NCBI GenBank assembly: GCA_031422435.1 | Contig: JANPLU010000030.1 | Coordinates: forward strand, 95,918 to 159,917 | Direction of reading: 5' to 3' | Origin: Acaryochloridaceae cyanobacterium VAR_48_metabat_390 | Lineage (GTDB): Bacteria; Cyanobacteriota; Cyanobacteriia; Thermosynechococcales; Thermosynechococcaceae | DNA: 64,000 bases | Shown: positions 44,042 through 54,810 of the stretch, piece by piece | How the letters are laid out: every line of letters starts with the position of its first letter | Position numbering within the stretch: the first letter of the stretch is position 1 | Notes under the pieces: generated by a model | What the model was told of the DNA's origin: nothing | What the model saw: only the letters and a program-made list of their open reading frames with translations | Database searches by the model: none | Position numbers and translations under genes: made by a program

Positions 44042-44381
44042 TTTTTTGACATAAAGTGTACTGTCTTTCGCCTCCCTTGTTTAAATATTTGGGTGCGGCT
44101 TGTTGTGCTGCTATCGTAAAGTCCCCATTCTCTTCAGTGCAGAACAAGAAGTGATATGGCTTTGAGGCTTAACCTATGCAGCAGCACTCTTATTATCTCA
44201 TTCCGTCAAGAATTAGCCCGTCTGACTCACTGGCTTAAGTATACCTTGAGCAAATTTAAAGCAAGACGCGACTATTACTGGAAGAAGTGTGTTCCTCAAG
44301 GTTGATGTGAACGGTTCATCAATACCCTGTTAAGTCGAATTCAAATAAGATAGAAAAAGTCTATAAAATCATTTTTTATTT

Positions 44382-44903
44382 ATGTCTGCGCTCAACATCC
44401 AATCTGTTGATTCTAAAGATAGTGCTGCTAATTCACTGCCTTCCTGGAAAATTAAGCTGCTTTATGACGGTTTATGTCCGCTGTGTCTAAGAGAGGTTGA
44501 TTTTTTGACTCGTAGAGATGCAGGGCGCGGTCTGGTTAAATTTGTCGATATTGCCAACTTAGACTACAGCGCTGCAGAGCATGGCGGCGTTGAGTTCGCC
44601 CAAGCCATGGGACGCATTCATGCGGTACTCCCCGATGGAACGATTATTCGTGATGTAGAAGTATTTCGGTCTGTCTATAACGTTTTGGGTATGAGGTGGA
44701 TTTATGCCGCCACACAATGGCCCATGATTCGCCCTCTTGTCGATAAGCTTTATGACTTGTGGGCAGGTTGGCGCTTCGCGTTAACGGGTAGGCCCAACTT
44801 GGCAACTATTATTGCAGAGCGTCAAACGCTTCTCGATAATCGTGAGGGAGAAAGATGCAGGCTTATTCGTCTATCAGGGGACAAAATTTCCTGTAGCTCA
44901 TAA
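44382..44903 (+). CDS. DCC1-like thiol-disulfide oxidoreductase (DUF393)
   Basis: LLYDGLCPLC (DxxCxxC) and AMGRIHA. Confidence 0.88.
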   Translation: MSALNIQSVDSKDSAANSLPSWKIKLLYDGLCPLCLREVDFLTRRDAGRGLVKFVDIANLDYSAAEHGGVEFAQAMGRIHAVLPDGTIIRDVEVFRSVYNVLGMRWIYAATQWPMIRPLVDKLYDLWAGWRFALTGRPNLATIIAERQTLLDNREGERCRLIRLSGDKISCSS

Positions 44904-44944
44904 AGTTTAAATACAGTGGCTATTCTGACATTGATTAATCATCT

Positions 44945-45553
44945 CTAAGCGATGTCAGAGTCAGCCTCAACATTGAGTTCTCGTTGTTTTGTGGAGGCAG
45001 ATGCTTGCGCCAAATCTTTGGGTTCGCCAGGGATAGAAGTGGTCACACTGGGTAAAGATGCTCCCCGCAGCCCATCCCTGATGTACTCAGCCGTCTCAGT
45101 TGAAAGCACAAACAGCGGATAGGGTTTATCCACCCCTTCGCTAAAAATGTGCTGATGGTGGAGCGGCATTTCCCAGCTATAGCCTCGGCTCAGCAATACT
45201 TGGGTTTCACGCCAGCGCCGCAGCAAATCTGATAGCCCTTCCGCTGAACGATGGATAAAGACAAAAATTTCGACATCGGTCTTAATTTGCCATTCTGGAT
45301 CGCACATTAGAAATGCTAAATCACAGGGAATGGTAATGAGTTCGTAAGGGCTATCGTGATTTGGATTAGTGAGCTGCCGCTGCCGAACTTTTACAAGAGG
45401 CAGCGGAATCGTAATCACACTCTCGCCAGACCGACGAATGCTGGGGATTTTTTCAAAGTAGGGGCGATGATGCCTGAGTAGCTCAACTGCGCGATGATGA
45501 TGGCTGAAGGATGCCAGCAACGCTTCATAGTGATTTTGTAGAACAGACATCAT
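44945..45553 (-). CDS. Conserved cyanobacterial hypothetical protein
   Basis: HRPYFEKIPSIRR and PCDLAFLMCDPEWQIK; ATG at 45553 avoids overlap with pyrF. Confidence 0.75.
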   Translation of the reverse strand: MMSVLQNHYEALLASFSHHHRAVELLRHHRPYFEKIPSIRRSGESVITIPLPLVKVRQRQLTNPNHDSPYELITIPCDLAFLMCDPEWQIKTDVEIFVFIHRSAEGLSDLLRRWRETQVLLSRGYSWEMPLHHQHIFSEGVDKPYPLFVLSTETAEYIRDGLRGASLPSVTTSIPGEPKDLAQASASTKQRELNVEADSDIA

Positions 45554-45627
45554 AAGAAAACTTAAGCAATCCGGTTGATCTGCTATGTTCAGTTGTACCC
45601 GCTTTTGCTCTAAATCTTTCTCTTGAA

Positions 45628-47067
45628 ATGACCTTTGCAGAAAAACTTGATGCCGCGGTTCAGCGCAATGCCAGTTTGCTCTGTCTCGGCTTAGATCCAA
45701 ACCCCGAAATGCTTCCTATTCAATCTCAGGAGTCTTTCGCATCTTTAGGTGAAACACTCAAGGATTGGCTAGAAACAGTTGTGGCACAAACCCAAACGTT
45801 GGTGTGTGCCTATAAACCAACCCTTGGGTTCTATCTGGCCTTGGGCGCTGAGGGACTGGATCTGCTGACAGCGATTCTAGGCTGTATCCCTGACGATATT
45901 CCGGTCATTTTAGACGCGAAGCACAGCGATCTGAATACCGCATCTCAGCTTTCTAAAACATTTTTTGACCAGTGGCGCGTGGATACCGTGACCGTGAATC
46001 CCTATATGGGTCAAGAAGGGGTTACGCCATTTTTGCTTTATCCGGACCGTGCAGTCTTTGTCTTAACCCATACGTCTAATCCCTCTGCTGAGGTTATACA
46101 ATCCTACCCTAATGCGGAGATGCCCCTCTATTTAGAAGTGGTAAAGGCTGTTCAAAGTTGGGGTAGCCCCGATCAGTTGGGGCTGGAGGTGGGTACGACA
46201 GAGCCTTTGGTGTTAAGGCAGGTTAGGGCGATCGCCCCCGAGCGCACAATCCTTGCCCGCAGTATCTGGTCAGACACAACAGACCTGAAGGCTATTCTAG
46301 AGGCTGGACTCAACAGTGCTGGAGCTGGACTGCTGCTGCCCGTCCCTCAAGACTGGTTAGGTGAAGCCCAGTTAAACCAGCATGTACAGACCCTTCGCCA
46401 AGATATTAATACGCTGCGAGATCAGCTCAGCCAAGGGCCATCCACCTGCGATCTCTGGCAGCCTCAACGTCAACAAATGCCGCTGAACCCGAGTCAGGCA
46501 TTGATTGTGCAGCTTTATGACATTGGCTGCCTGATGTTTGGCAGCTATGTCCAAGCCTCTGGCGCGGTTTTTCCCTACTACATTGATCTGCGACAAATAA
46601 TTTCTAATCCGCAGCTTTTTCATCAGGTGTTAGAAGCCTATGCTGTTCTAACGCAGCCGCTGAAGTTTGACCGCATTGCAGGCATTCCCTACGGATCGTT
46701 GCCCACAGCTACGGGATTATCTCTCAAGCTCAACCATCCCATGATCTATCCGCGCAAAGAAGTGAAAGCCCACGGCACTCGTCGTCTAGTGGAAGGTCAG
46801 TACGAGTCAGGCGAAACGGCGCTGGTGATTGATGATGTCTTGATTACAGGGAAAAGCGTTCTCGAAGGCATCCAAAAGCTGGAAAGCTCTGGGCTAAAAG
46901 TCACAGATATTGTGGTCTTAATTGACCATGAAGGGGGAGTACGAGACAAAATGCAGGCGCACGGTTACCAAACCCATGCCGTCTTTACGCTGTCAGAAAT
47001 TTCTAAGACACTCTACGAAACTCAGCGCATTACTGAGACGCAGTATGGGGCGATCGCCCACGATTAA
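45628..47067 (+). CDS. pyrFE: Bifunctional OMP decarboxylase / orotate phosphoribosyltransferase
   Basis: LCLGLDP, AYKP and LDAKHSD in the N-terminal half; YYIDLR, RKEVKAHG and IDDVLITGKS in the C-terminal half. Confidence 0.92.
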   Translation: MTFAEKLDAAVQRNASLLCLGLDPNPEMLPIQSQESFASLGETLKDWLETVVAQTQTLVCAYKPTLGFYLALGAEGLDLLTAILGCIPDDIPVILDAKHSDLNTASQLSKTFFDQWRVDTVTVNPYMGQEGVTPFLLYPDRAVFVLTHTSNPSAEVIQSYPNAEMPLYLEVVKAVQSWGSPDQLGLEVGTTEPLVLRQVRAIAPERTILARSIWSDTTDLKAILEAGLNSAGAGLLLPVPQDWLGEAQLNQHVQTLRQDINTLRDQLSQGPSTCDLWQPQRQQMPLNPSQALIVQLYDIGCLMFGSYVQASGAVFPYYIDLRQIISNPQLFHQVLEAYAVLTQPLKFDRIAGIPYGSLPTATGLSLKLNHPMIYPRKEVKAHGTRRLVEGQYESGETALVIDDVLITGKSVLEGIQKLESSGLKVTDIVVLIDHEGGVRDKMQAHGYQTHAVFTLSEISKTLYETQRITETQYGAIAHD

Positions 47068-47957
47068 CCCTCAGTACCTGCGCTGTATTGCTGTAGCCAA
47101 GCCATTTCAAAGGATCGAGGATCTTGCCGTTCTCCCGCTTGGTCAATCGCCCTGTGAGTGGTAATGCGATTCTCTCCTACTCCACACTGTGCAATCAACC
47201 AAGCCAGGGAACTATACTGTGCAGCGCTATAGCCCGTATGTTCAGGCTCGTCATTGTATCCATCCGACGGCGTTTCTAGGGAAATGTGATAGGCAAAATT
47301 ATTGACCGAAGACTTTAACTGTTTATTGGTTTGGACGGTTTCAAGGCCGTCTCTGCCTGGGAAGGCTGAATCTCCGGCACCGTAGGCGCGCTTGAGTGGA
47401 TCCACTAGATAAAGAATAGACCCATCTTTACGAATAATCGTGTGATAGCTGACCTGGTCTTTGTCCTGAGAGTGGGGCGTAAGCACCGTATTGACAGCAC
47501 CCGAGGCGGCTGAGGTGGTCTCATGCAGCACAACGAGCAGCGGGTAGTAAATGGGCTTTCCCTGACTGTTATGAGAGAGGCGATTGCCAAAGTTACTGGG
47601 ATGGGCATCTATTCGATATTGTGGAGGGGCGCTTAGGAATATACTTACCGTGCTTGAATAACCTTCGGTCTCTAATTTCTCAAGACGCATCAGCTCATCT
47701 ACAGGGAGTTTAGGGGCGCTTTGGTAAAGACGCTCTAGCATCACAAGCTGCTGCTCAAGCTGCCTGGTCAAGTTGGGAGCAGACGTTTGTATGGATAAAG
47801 CAGCAGCAGCGCTGGGTTTTGAAGCATCAACCTGGGGAGCGCGACTATTGACGGAGTGAACTTGCTTAAATAAAACCATCGTGATTAGTGCGCTAATCAC
47901 CACCAGTTTTGTCGTTCTAGAAGCACTCCGCCACAGCCGCACGAGATTAAACACCAT
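47064..47957 (-). CDS. N-acetylmuramoyl-L-alanine amidase (Amidase_2/PGRP-like)
   Basis: N-terminal TM; VLHET, SYH, ISLE, THRAID and RQDP; shares TTAA stop overlap with pyrFE. Confidence 0.85.
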   Translation of the reverse strand: MVFNLVRLWRSASRTTKLVVISALITMVLFKQVHSVNSRAPQVDASKPSAAAALSIQTSAPNLTRQLEQQLVMLERLYQSAPKLPVDELMRLEKLETEGYSSTVSIFLSAPPQYRIDAHPSNFGNRLSHNSQGKPIYYPLLVVLHETTSAASGAVNTVLTPHSQDKDQVSYHTIIRKDGSILYLVDPLKRAYGAGDSAFPGRDGLETVQTNKQLKSSVNNFAYHISLETPSDGYNDEPEHTGYSAAQYSSLAWLIAQCGVGENRITTHRAIDQAGERQDPRSFEMAWLQQYSAGTEG

Positions 47958-48154
47958 GCCTCAAAATTCAACTCATAGAATTTTCATGCCCAGCAGTCTG
48001 CAATGGCAGGCCCTGTTTTTATGAAGCGCGATTATTAAGAGAATAGGCATTAGTGATACTTAATCAGAGCAAAACCCTGCATACAGCGCATTTATACAGT
48101 AGGCGAGACTTTACATAAAAACTGTGGCAGAATACACTACTAAAACTGAAAAAG

Positions 48155-49153
48155 TTAGGTAACCTTGACCTTTTGGAGTAAGTCCTGAAGTGCTGGGGTA
48201 GACATCCGTGCGCCTAAGGTGGTGACGAGCTGTGCAGAGGCCATAGACCCTAAGCGCCCTGCCGTTGACCAGTCCATGCCATTGGTGATGCCGTAAAGTA
48301 CGCCTGCGGCGTACATATCACCCGCGCCCACAGTATCGATCGCCTTTACCGGAAACGGATCGATTTCAAAGAGGGTTTCGCCATCAAAAATAAGGGAGCC
48401 TTTAGCGCCACAGGTGATGGCGAACCCCTTGCTTAGGGTTTTAAGATGGGCGATCGCCTCGTTCAAATCCTGAGTCTCTGCCATTTGACAGGCCTCGCTC
48501 TCGTTGGCAAACAAAAAATCAACGCCGCCGCCAATCATCTCTAAGAGTCCAGCCTTAAAAAACTTCGCCATGTTGAAGTCAGAGAGGGTGAGCGCCACCT
48601 TTTGACCCGCCGCCGCCGCAATTTCTCGGGCTTTGATAGCGGCTTGCTTACTTTGCTCTCCGGTGACGAGATAGCCTTCGATGTAGGTGTAGGTTGAGTG
48701 GGCGATCGCCTCAGGCACCAGTTCTGCTTCAGAGAAACTGGAGGAGATGCCCAGAAACGTATTCATAGTGCGATCTGCATCGGGGGTTACAAAGACCAAG
48801 CATTTACCCGTGATGCCAGGTTCTGCGGGATGGGTTTTGAGATTGGTATCGACACCGCACTCGAGCAAATCGTTGAGATAATGCTGCCCTGGCTCATCGT
48901 TGGCTACTTTGCAAGAGTAAAAAGCTTTGCCGCCCAACTGACTTACCGCAATGAGGGTATTGGCTGCTGAGCCGCCCCCGCTGCGCTTGGTGGCGTATCC
49001 ATCGAGATGAGCCAAAATTTTGTTTTGAGCGTCTTCGTCCAGTAGGGTCATCACCCCTTTGTCGATGTTTAAATCCTGCAAGACCTCTGGGGTCACTTCG
49101 CACTCGATATCGAGGAGCGCGTTGCCCAAGCCGTAAACGTCGTAGCGTGCCAT
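48155..49153 (-). CDS. PfkB-family kinase (adenosine kinase-like)
   Basis: GNALLD, GGSAANT, FANESEA and DTVGAGD. Confidence 0.9.
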   Translation of the reverse strand: MARYDVYGLGNALLDIECEVTPEVLQDLNIDKGVMTLLDEDAQNKILAHLDGYATKRSGGGSAANTLIAVSQLGGKAFYSCKVANDEPGQHYLNDLLECGVDTNLKTHPAEPGITGKCLVFVTPDADRTMNTFLGISSSFSEAELVPEAIAHSTYTYIEGYLVTGEQSKQAAIKAREIAAAAGQKVALTLSDFNMAKFFKAGLLEMIGGGVDFLFANESEACQMAETQDLNEAIAHLKTLSKGFAITCGAKGSLIFDGETLFEIDPFPVKAIDTVGAGDMYAAGVLYGITNGMDWSTAGRLGSMASAQLVTTLGARMSTPALQDLLQKVKVT

Positions 49154-49319
49154 AAAACTCCTGACCAAAATATTTATGATAACGGGAGAGCTTGATTCCC
49201 GTAAATAATGCTGAATCTGGGCGATCTTGCCCGTAAGGGGCGCATCGCTTCAACGCAATTCTCTAGATTATTTAATTTACGATCTTCCGCTAAAGCTGCC
49301 TATGTCTGTAACCAAAAGC

Positions 49320-51992
49320 TTAAAGGTCGGGGCCAACCGTCACAATAAGCAAGTGATCGGGCAAGATTAATTCTTGAATGACCTGATCAATCTGCGCCAT
49401 CGAAACGGCTTCAATTTTGAGCGGAAAATCTCGAATTTCTTCGGTACCAAACCCATCCACAGCATTGATAAGCATCCGATGCACGACAGCATCTGGGTTT
49501 GCCAGCTCGACCGGATAGCTATTTACGATGCTGCGTTTAGCGGTGCTGAGTTCTGCCTCAGAAATCCCGTTTTGGCGCAGGTGCTGGAGCAGCGCAATGG
49601 TGCTGTTCACCGCCTGTTCTGTATCTTCGGGTGCGGTCTGCATTTCGATCACAAACGGCCCTGCGATTTGACCTGCCGCAAAGTAGCTATAGATGCCGTA
49701 GGTTAGCCCTTGGCGATCGCGGATTTCTGCCCCTAGCCGACTCGAAAGCGTGTCGCCCCCTAAAATTTGATTGAGAACCATCGCAGGGTGATAGCGAGCG
49801 TCGCGGCGGTCAAGGCCAGGATAGCCCATGTAGGTGACGGACTGACTCTTGCCAGGAAGTGAAATCTGTACCCGATGGGTGGCGGCGGGTAATGCAACCG
49901 CTGGAACCTGAGGCGTTGATTCAGCGACCGTGGGTTTCCAGTCGCCAAAATAGGTTTGAATTTGAGCCTGTACCTGAGGAATCTCAAAATCGCCCACTAA
50001 GGCTAAGACCGTATGCTCTGGCGTGTAGCGCTGATGATAAAACGTCTGGATGTCTTCTCGCGTAATGCCCTGCATTGTTTCAATACTAGGGAAAACGTGG
50101 AACGGATGGTCGGGGGCATACAGCTTTTGCTGAAGTGTTCTACGCCCCAGCCGCGCCGGATCGTCTAACTCCATGTGCAGACTAGAGATAATTTGCTTGC
50201 GCGATAGCTCTAGCTCAGAATCTGGGAATGCTGCCTGCTGAAGCACTTCGGCTAGAGTTTGCAGTAAAAGAGGTAGATCTGCGGCTAAGGCATGGCCTTC
50301 GACTTCAACGCCTTCTCGAAAGGCGCTAAAGTCTAAACCTGCGCCTCTGTCTTCAAGCCGTTTTGCTAAGGCTAGGGCATCGTGCGTTGCTGTGCCGCCC
50401 ATGACGGTTTCGGCAGTTAGGCTAGCAACCCCTGGCTTTGAGAGCAGATCTAGCCCATTTCCGGCCTGGATGTTGCCGTTGAGAGTAACGGTGGGGGAGC
50501 TGTGGTCGCTCAGCAGCAGCACTCGTAACCCGTTCGGGAGCGTAAAGGTTTCAGGCAGCACCTGGGTGGCGGAGCCTTTAGTGGCGTTGAGGGCTGGCAG
50601 ATACTGCGCCACCTCTGCCGGATCGACAGGTTCGCTAGGGGTAAAGTTTTCGACGGTTTGCTGGGCAGAAATGCCGCCCACTTCTGCGTCTTCATCAAAT
50701 TGGGTGGGTTCAAAGTACCCGACGGTGCGCTGGGCTGCGTTGAGGTAGGTTTGGGCAACGCGCTGTACGTCAGCGGCACTCACCTGCTGGATTTGGGCTA
50801 AGTAGCGATCGCTGTAGCAATAGTCGCCTGTGACCACTTCACTGTAGGCTAACTGACTGGCCTGACTATCTACCTCGCGGTTGCTCATCATAAAGTGCGT
50901 CATGAGCTGCTGTTTGGCTCGCTCTAGCTCTTCGTCAGACACAGGGGTTTGCTGAATGTCTGCGATCGTTTGCAGTAAGACCCGATCGACGGCTTCTAGG
51001 GTCTGCTCTGGAATCAGCGAAGCAGAGATGTTGTACCATCCTGGCTCCATGAGGGCGGCAGAGTAGGAGCTAACATGGCTGGCTAGCCCTGGCTCAATTA
51101 AGGTTTGAAAAAATCTTGAGTTGCGACCGACGGATAAAACTGCATCTAAAACATCTAGCACCGGAACGTCAGGGTGCTGGACATCTGGGATGGGGTAGAC
51201 CGATTCGATGAGAGATGCGCTGCCCGGCTGCTGGAGGAGGAGGGGAGCAGAAGGGGAATCTCCCTTTTTTTCTGGCGTTGACAAACTTGAAACAGACGGA
51301 CGAGACGCATTAGGGGCAAGCGCACCAAAGGTTTTATCAATGCTTAATTGCAGCGTGTCTGGGTCAAAATCTCCGGTGACGACCAGCACCGCATTATCAG
51401 GGCTGTAATAGGTGCCGTAATAATCGCGCACTTGTGCCACGGTAAAGCTCTCTACATCCGTTTTAGTGCCACCGACGGGCAGTCCGTAGGCGCGATCTGG
51501 AAATGCCTGACGCATGACTGCCTCGGACAGGCGATACTCTGGGCTGTTGTCGTACCCCTGAAGTTCTGAAATCACGACGCGCTTTTCGGTTTCAAGCTGC
51601 TCTTCGTTGATGAGAGAGTGACGCATCCGGTCGGCTTCGAGTACCAGCAGTGCCTCAAGTTTATCGCTGCTGACGGTGCCAAAATAGGCCGTCATGTCGT
51701 AGCTGGTGAAGGCATTAGAAGCGCTGCCTAGGGCGCTAAACAATCGTCCAAACTGGATGGGGCGGCTTTGGGTACCTTTGAATAACAGATGCTCTAGCTG
51801 ATGAGAGATGCCGTTAAGTCCGGGGCCTTCATTGCGGGAACCCACGCGGTACCAAACCTGAACGCTGACAACGGGTGCGGTATGAATTTCTTTGGTTAGT
51901 ACCGTTAGGCCATTGTCTAAAACTGTTCTTTGGACTCCGCGAGTCAATGTGTTCATAGTTTGAGCAGCAGGAAAGGTCATGGAGGGAATCAA
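49320..51992 (-). CDS. M16 (pitrilysin/insulinase) zinc peptidase
   Basis: HQLEHLLFKG inverted zincin motif, NAFTS and IRDRQGLTYG; start uncertain. Confidence 0.92.
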   Translation of the reverse strand: MIPSMTFPAAQTMNTLTRGVQRTVLDNGLTVLTKEIHTAPVVSVQVWYRVGSRNEGPGLNGISHQLEHLLFKGTQSRPIQFGRLFSALGSASNAFTSYDMTAYFGTVSSDKLEALLVLEADRMRHSLINEEQLETEKRVVISELQGYDNSPEYRLSEAVMRQAFPDRAYGLPVGGTKTDVESFTVAQVRDYYGTYYSPDNAVLVVTGDFDPDTLQLSIDKTFGALAPNASRPSVSSLSTPEKKGDSPSAPLLLQQPGSASLIESVYPIPDVQHPDVPVLDVLDAVLSVGRNSRFFQTLIEPGLASHVSSYSAALMEPGWYNISASLIPEQTLEAVDRVLLQTIADIQQTPVSDEELERAKQQLMTHFMMSNREVDSQASQLAYSEVVTGDYCYSDRYLAQIQQVSAADVQRVAQTYLNAAQRTVGYFEPTQFDEDAEVGGISAQQTVENFTPSEPVDPAEVAQYLPALNATKGSATQVLPETFTLPNGLRVLLLSDHSSPTVTLNGNIQAGNGLDLLSKPGVASLTAETVMGGTATHDALALAKRLEDRGAGLDFSAFREGVEVEGHALAADLPLLLQTLAEVLQQAAFPDSELELSRKQIISSLHMELDDPARLGRRTLQQKLYAPDHPFHVFPSIETMQGITREDIQTFYHQRYTPEHTVLALVGDFEIPQVQAQIQTYFGDWKPTVAESTPQVPAVALPAATHRVQISLPGKSQSVTYMGYPGLDRRDARYHPAMVLNQILGGDTLSSRLGAEIRDRQGLTYGIYSYFAAGQIAGPFVIEMQTAPEDTEQAVNSTIALLQHLRQNGISEAELSTAKRSIVNSYPVELANPDAVVHRMLINAVDGFGTEEIRDFPLKIEAVSMAQIDQVIQELILPDHLLIVTVGPDL

Positions 51993-52508
51993 GAACAGCC
52001 TAAAGATGTCGAGAGACTCGACTTTTGCAAAAGTCTCTCTGGCGTGGTTTAGCTGCCACCACTTATTTTAGTGTAGGGGTGATTGATAAAATGTTGACTG
52101 CTTTCAGATTAGGCAAATTAGGCAAGCACCAGCTTGGCACAAAGCCTCAAGACAGACCTCCTCCACCATTACCTCTTAGATTTTTGAGTTTGCAGTGGCT
52201 GGTTGCGATGAGCGTTGTGCAACAAAGTCATAAGAAACGGGCACACTCGTATGGAAGGCAGGGTATTTGTACAGTCTAAATCAGGGATGCAGTTAAAATT
52301 CTTGCGAAAGAAGGTTTAGGGATGGTTTCATTTACGATTGCCTGAGGTCGCAACATATCCTGCATACAGATTGAGTAGACTTAAGACTGTTTTCAAAGAT
52401 CCCTACGAGAAGAACTTTCATTATCCTGTGGGTGGTTCCTTCACCATGTGATTTTGTGCATCAGTCTAGAGCTTGGTTCTATGGGAGCAAATGCTCAGGG
52501 TAAGGGAT

Positions 52509-52910
52509 ATGGCGAGTCGAGCAATTTTATGCGTAGATGATGAGCGCGTTGTGCTGTTTAGCTTGCGAGATCAGCTCACAAAACATTTTGGCGATCGCTA
52601 TCGCTGTGAAATTGCTGAAAGCACCGATGAAGCCTGGGAGGTCATTGAAGAGCTTCAGGAAGAGCAGGTCAAAATTCTGGTGATTGTTTCGGACTGGCTA
52701 ATGCCCGGGATGCGAGGAGATGAATTTCTGATCCAGGTTCATCAGCGCTTCCCAGATATTGTTACGGTTCTTTTGACGGGGCACGCGGACGAATCCGCCA
52801 TTGAGCGCGCGCGGCAAGAGGCAAATTTGTTTGCCTATGTGACTAAGCCTTGGCGTGAAGCAGCCCTCATCACGGTCATTCAATCTGGTTTGGAGACATT
52901 TGATGCGTAA
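52509..52910 (+). CDS. Single-domain response regulator (receiver only)
   Basis: ILCVDDE, VSDWLMPGM, LLTG and YVTKPW; ATG at 52509. Confidence 0.92.
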   Translation: MASRAILCVDDERVVLFSLRDQLTKHFGDRYRCEIAESTDEAWEVIEELQEEQVKILVIVSDWLMPGMRGDEFLIQVHQRFPDIVTVLLTGHADESAIERARQEANLFAYVTKPWREAALITVIQSGLETFDA

Positions 52911-54810
52911 ACGGGTAATCCTTTGCATTGATGACGAAAGGATGGTGTTGTTTAGCCTGCGGGATCAGTTGAGCTGGATTCTTAAGGAGGGTTACAGTAT
53001 CGAGCTGGCGGAAAGTGGCGAAGAAGCCTTGGATTTATTTGCAGAACTCACCGCAGAGAGTATTGATATCCCTCTGGTGATTTGCGATCAAATTATGCCA
53101 AGAATGAGCGGGTCAGAACTACTCACTCAAATTCATCGCCAGTCGCCTAAAACGCTCAAGATTATGCTGACAGGAATGGCTAGCTTTGAGGATGTGGTGC
53201 AGGCGGTTAACCACGCCAGTCTCTATCGCTATATCACCAAACCTTGGGACAAAACAGATCTCAGCCTAACCGTGCGAGAGGCGCTGCGGCGTTATGAGCA
53301 AGAGACGCAGGTCGCAAACCAGAACTGCATCTTACAGCAGATGAATGCAGATTTGGAACGCGAGATTGCCGAGCGCCATCTTGTGGAAGCGAAGTTAGCC
53401 CATGATGCGCTCCATGATGCCCTGACTGGATTACCCAATCGTGTGCTGTTTTTAAATCGGCTGGAGCAGACGGTTCAAACCGCTCAGGAAAGTTCCGACT
53501 ATCAATTTGCGGTTTTGTTTATTGACCTAGATCGCTTCAAAATTGTGAATGATAGTTTAGGGCATACCGTAGGGGATGAGTTTTTAAAGGCGATCGCCCA
53601 ACGGCTTCGTCATTGCTTACGACCCGCAGACCTGGTGGCGCGAATGGGTGGAGATGAATTCACCATTTTGCTTGAAAACATTGATAGTGCTAGCGAAGCA
53701 ACCCAAGTTTCAGATCGAATTTTGACCATGCTGAGCAACCCCTTTAACTTAGAGGGGCACATCCTCGTCTCTAGCGCTAGCATTGGCATCATCATCGGTT
53801 CTGATCAATACCAGCGGGGTGCCGATTTACTGAGAGATGCCGATTTAGCAATGTATCAGGCCAAAGCCTGCGGTAAAGCCCGCGCTGCGTTTTTCAATCC
53901 AGACCTACATGCTCAAACACTGGCGTTACTGACGTTAGAAAGCGACCTCCGCCAAGCCTTAATCCAGCAGGAATTTGTCCTGCACTACCAGCCCATTGTG
54001 GCTTTAACGACGGGACAGTTGGTTGGCCTTGAAGCCCTCGTCCGATGGCAGCATCCGCAGCGGGGCTTTATTGCACCCAATGAATTTATCCCCGTTGCTG
54101 AAGAAACTGGGGTCATTATTGCCCTTGGCGAATGGGTCTTACGGGAAGCCTGTCGCCAACTGCGCCTCTGGTATCAGGCGTTTCCTGAGTGGGGGAACCT
54201 GAGCGTCAGTGTTAATTTATCGGGGAAACAGCTTCGAGAACCCGATTTGACCGCGCAACTGGCGCAAATTTTGAAAGAAACAGGGCTAGAGGGCCAATTG
54301 CTTAAGCTAGAGCTAACGGAAAGTGTCTTGATTGGTGACGCAGAGGCAATACTGCAAACCCTCGCTGGCATCCATGCCCAAAAGATTCAGTTCAGCATTG
54401 ATGATTTTGGAACGGGCTATTCCTCCCTGAGCTATCTGCCCCGTTTTCCTATTAGCGCCCTCAAAATTGATCGCTCTTTTGTGAGCCAGATGCTCACGGA
54501 TGCTGACAACTTTGAGATTGTGAAAGCCATTATTACCCTAGCTCACAGCCTTGGCCTACAGGTGGTGGCGGAGGGAATCGAAACGCCTGAGCAAGCCGCT
54601 CAACTACGAGCCTTCGGCTGTGAATTTGGGCAAGGCTACTTTTTTGGCAGGCCGATGGATAGCGCTGCTACAGAGCAAATTCTGATAACTCCGATAGGAT
54701 GGCAGATGTCTGTAGATATAGACCCATCATGCCCAAAAAATGCCCAGGAAAACACGAATGAGCGGAAGGGAACAGAGTACAGATTGTTTATGTGTTCACC
54801 AGTGGATTGA
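52903..54810 (+). CDS. REC-GGDEF-EAL c-di-GMP enzyme
   Basis: ILCIDDE/ICDQIMP receiver, RPAD-x5-GGDEF, EALVRW and DDFGTGYSSL; ATG overlaps the upstream stop (ATGCGTAA) after GGAG. Confidence 0.94.
   Translation: MRKRVILCIDDERMVLFSLRDQLSWILKEGYSIELAESGEEALDLFAELTAESIDIPLVICDQIMPRMSGSELLTQIHRQSPKTLKIMLTGMASFEDVVQAVNHASLYRYITKPWDKTDLSLTVREALRRYEQETQVANQNCILQQMNADLEREIAERHLVEAKLAHDALHDALTGLPNRVLFLNRLEQTVQTAQESSDYQFAVLFIDLDRFKIVNDSLGHTVGDEFLKAIAQRLRHCLRPADLVARMGGDEFTILLENIDSASEATQVSDRILTMLSNPFNLEGHILVSSASIGIIIGSDQYQRGADLLRDADLAMYQAKACGKARAAFFNPDLHAQTLALLTLESDLRQALIQQEFVLHYQPIVALTTGQLVGLEALVRWQHPQRGFIAPNEFIPVAEETGVIIALGEWVLREACRQLRLWYQAFPEWGNLSVSVNLSGKQLREPDLTAQLAQILKETGLEGQLLKLELTESVLIGDAEAILQTLAGIHAQKIQFSIDDFGTGYSSLSYLPRFPISALKIDRSFVSQMLTDADNFEIVKAIITLAHSLGLQVVAEGIETPEQAAQLRAFGCEFGQGYFFGRPMDSAATEQILITPIGWQMSVDIDPSCPKNAQENTNERKGTEYRLFMCSPVD

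Noticed and set aside
45628..47067. pyrF-pyrE fusion as a novelty
   Set aside because: This fusion order is already known in cyanobacteria.
52025..52279. 84-aa ORF as a peptide precursor or leader for the signalling cluster
   Set aside because: TTG start within a palindrome, no clear RBS and no recognisable features.
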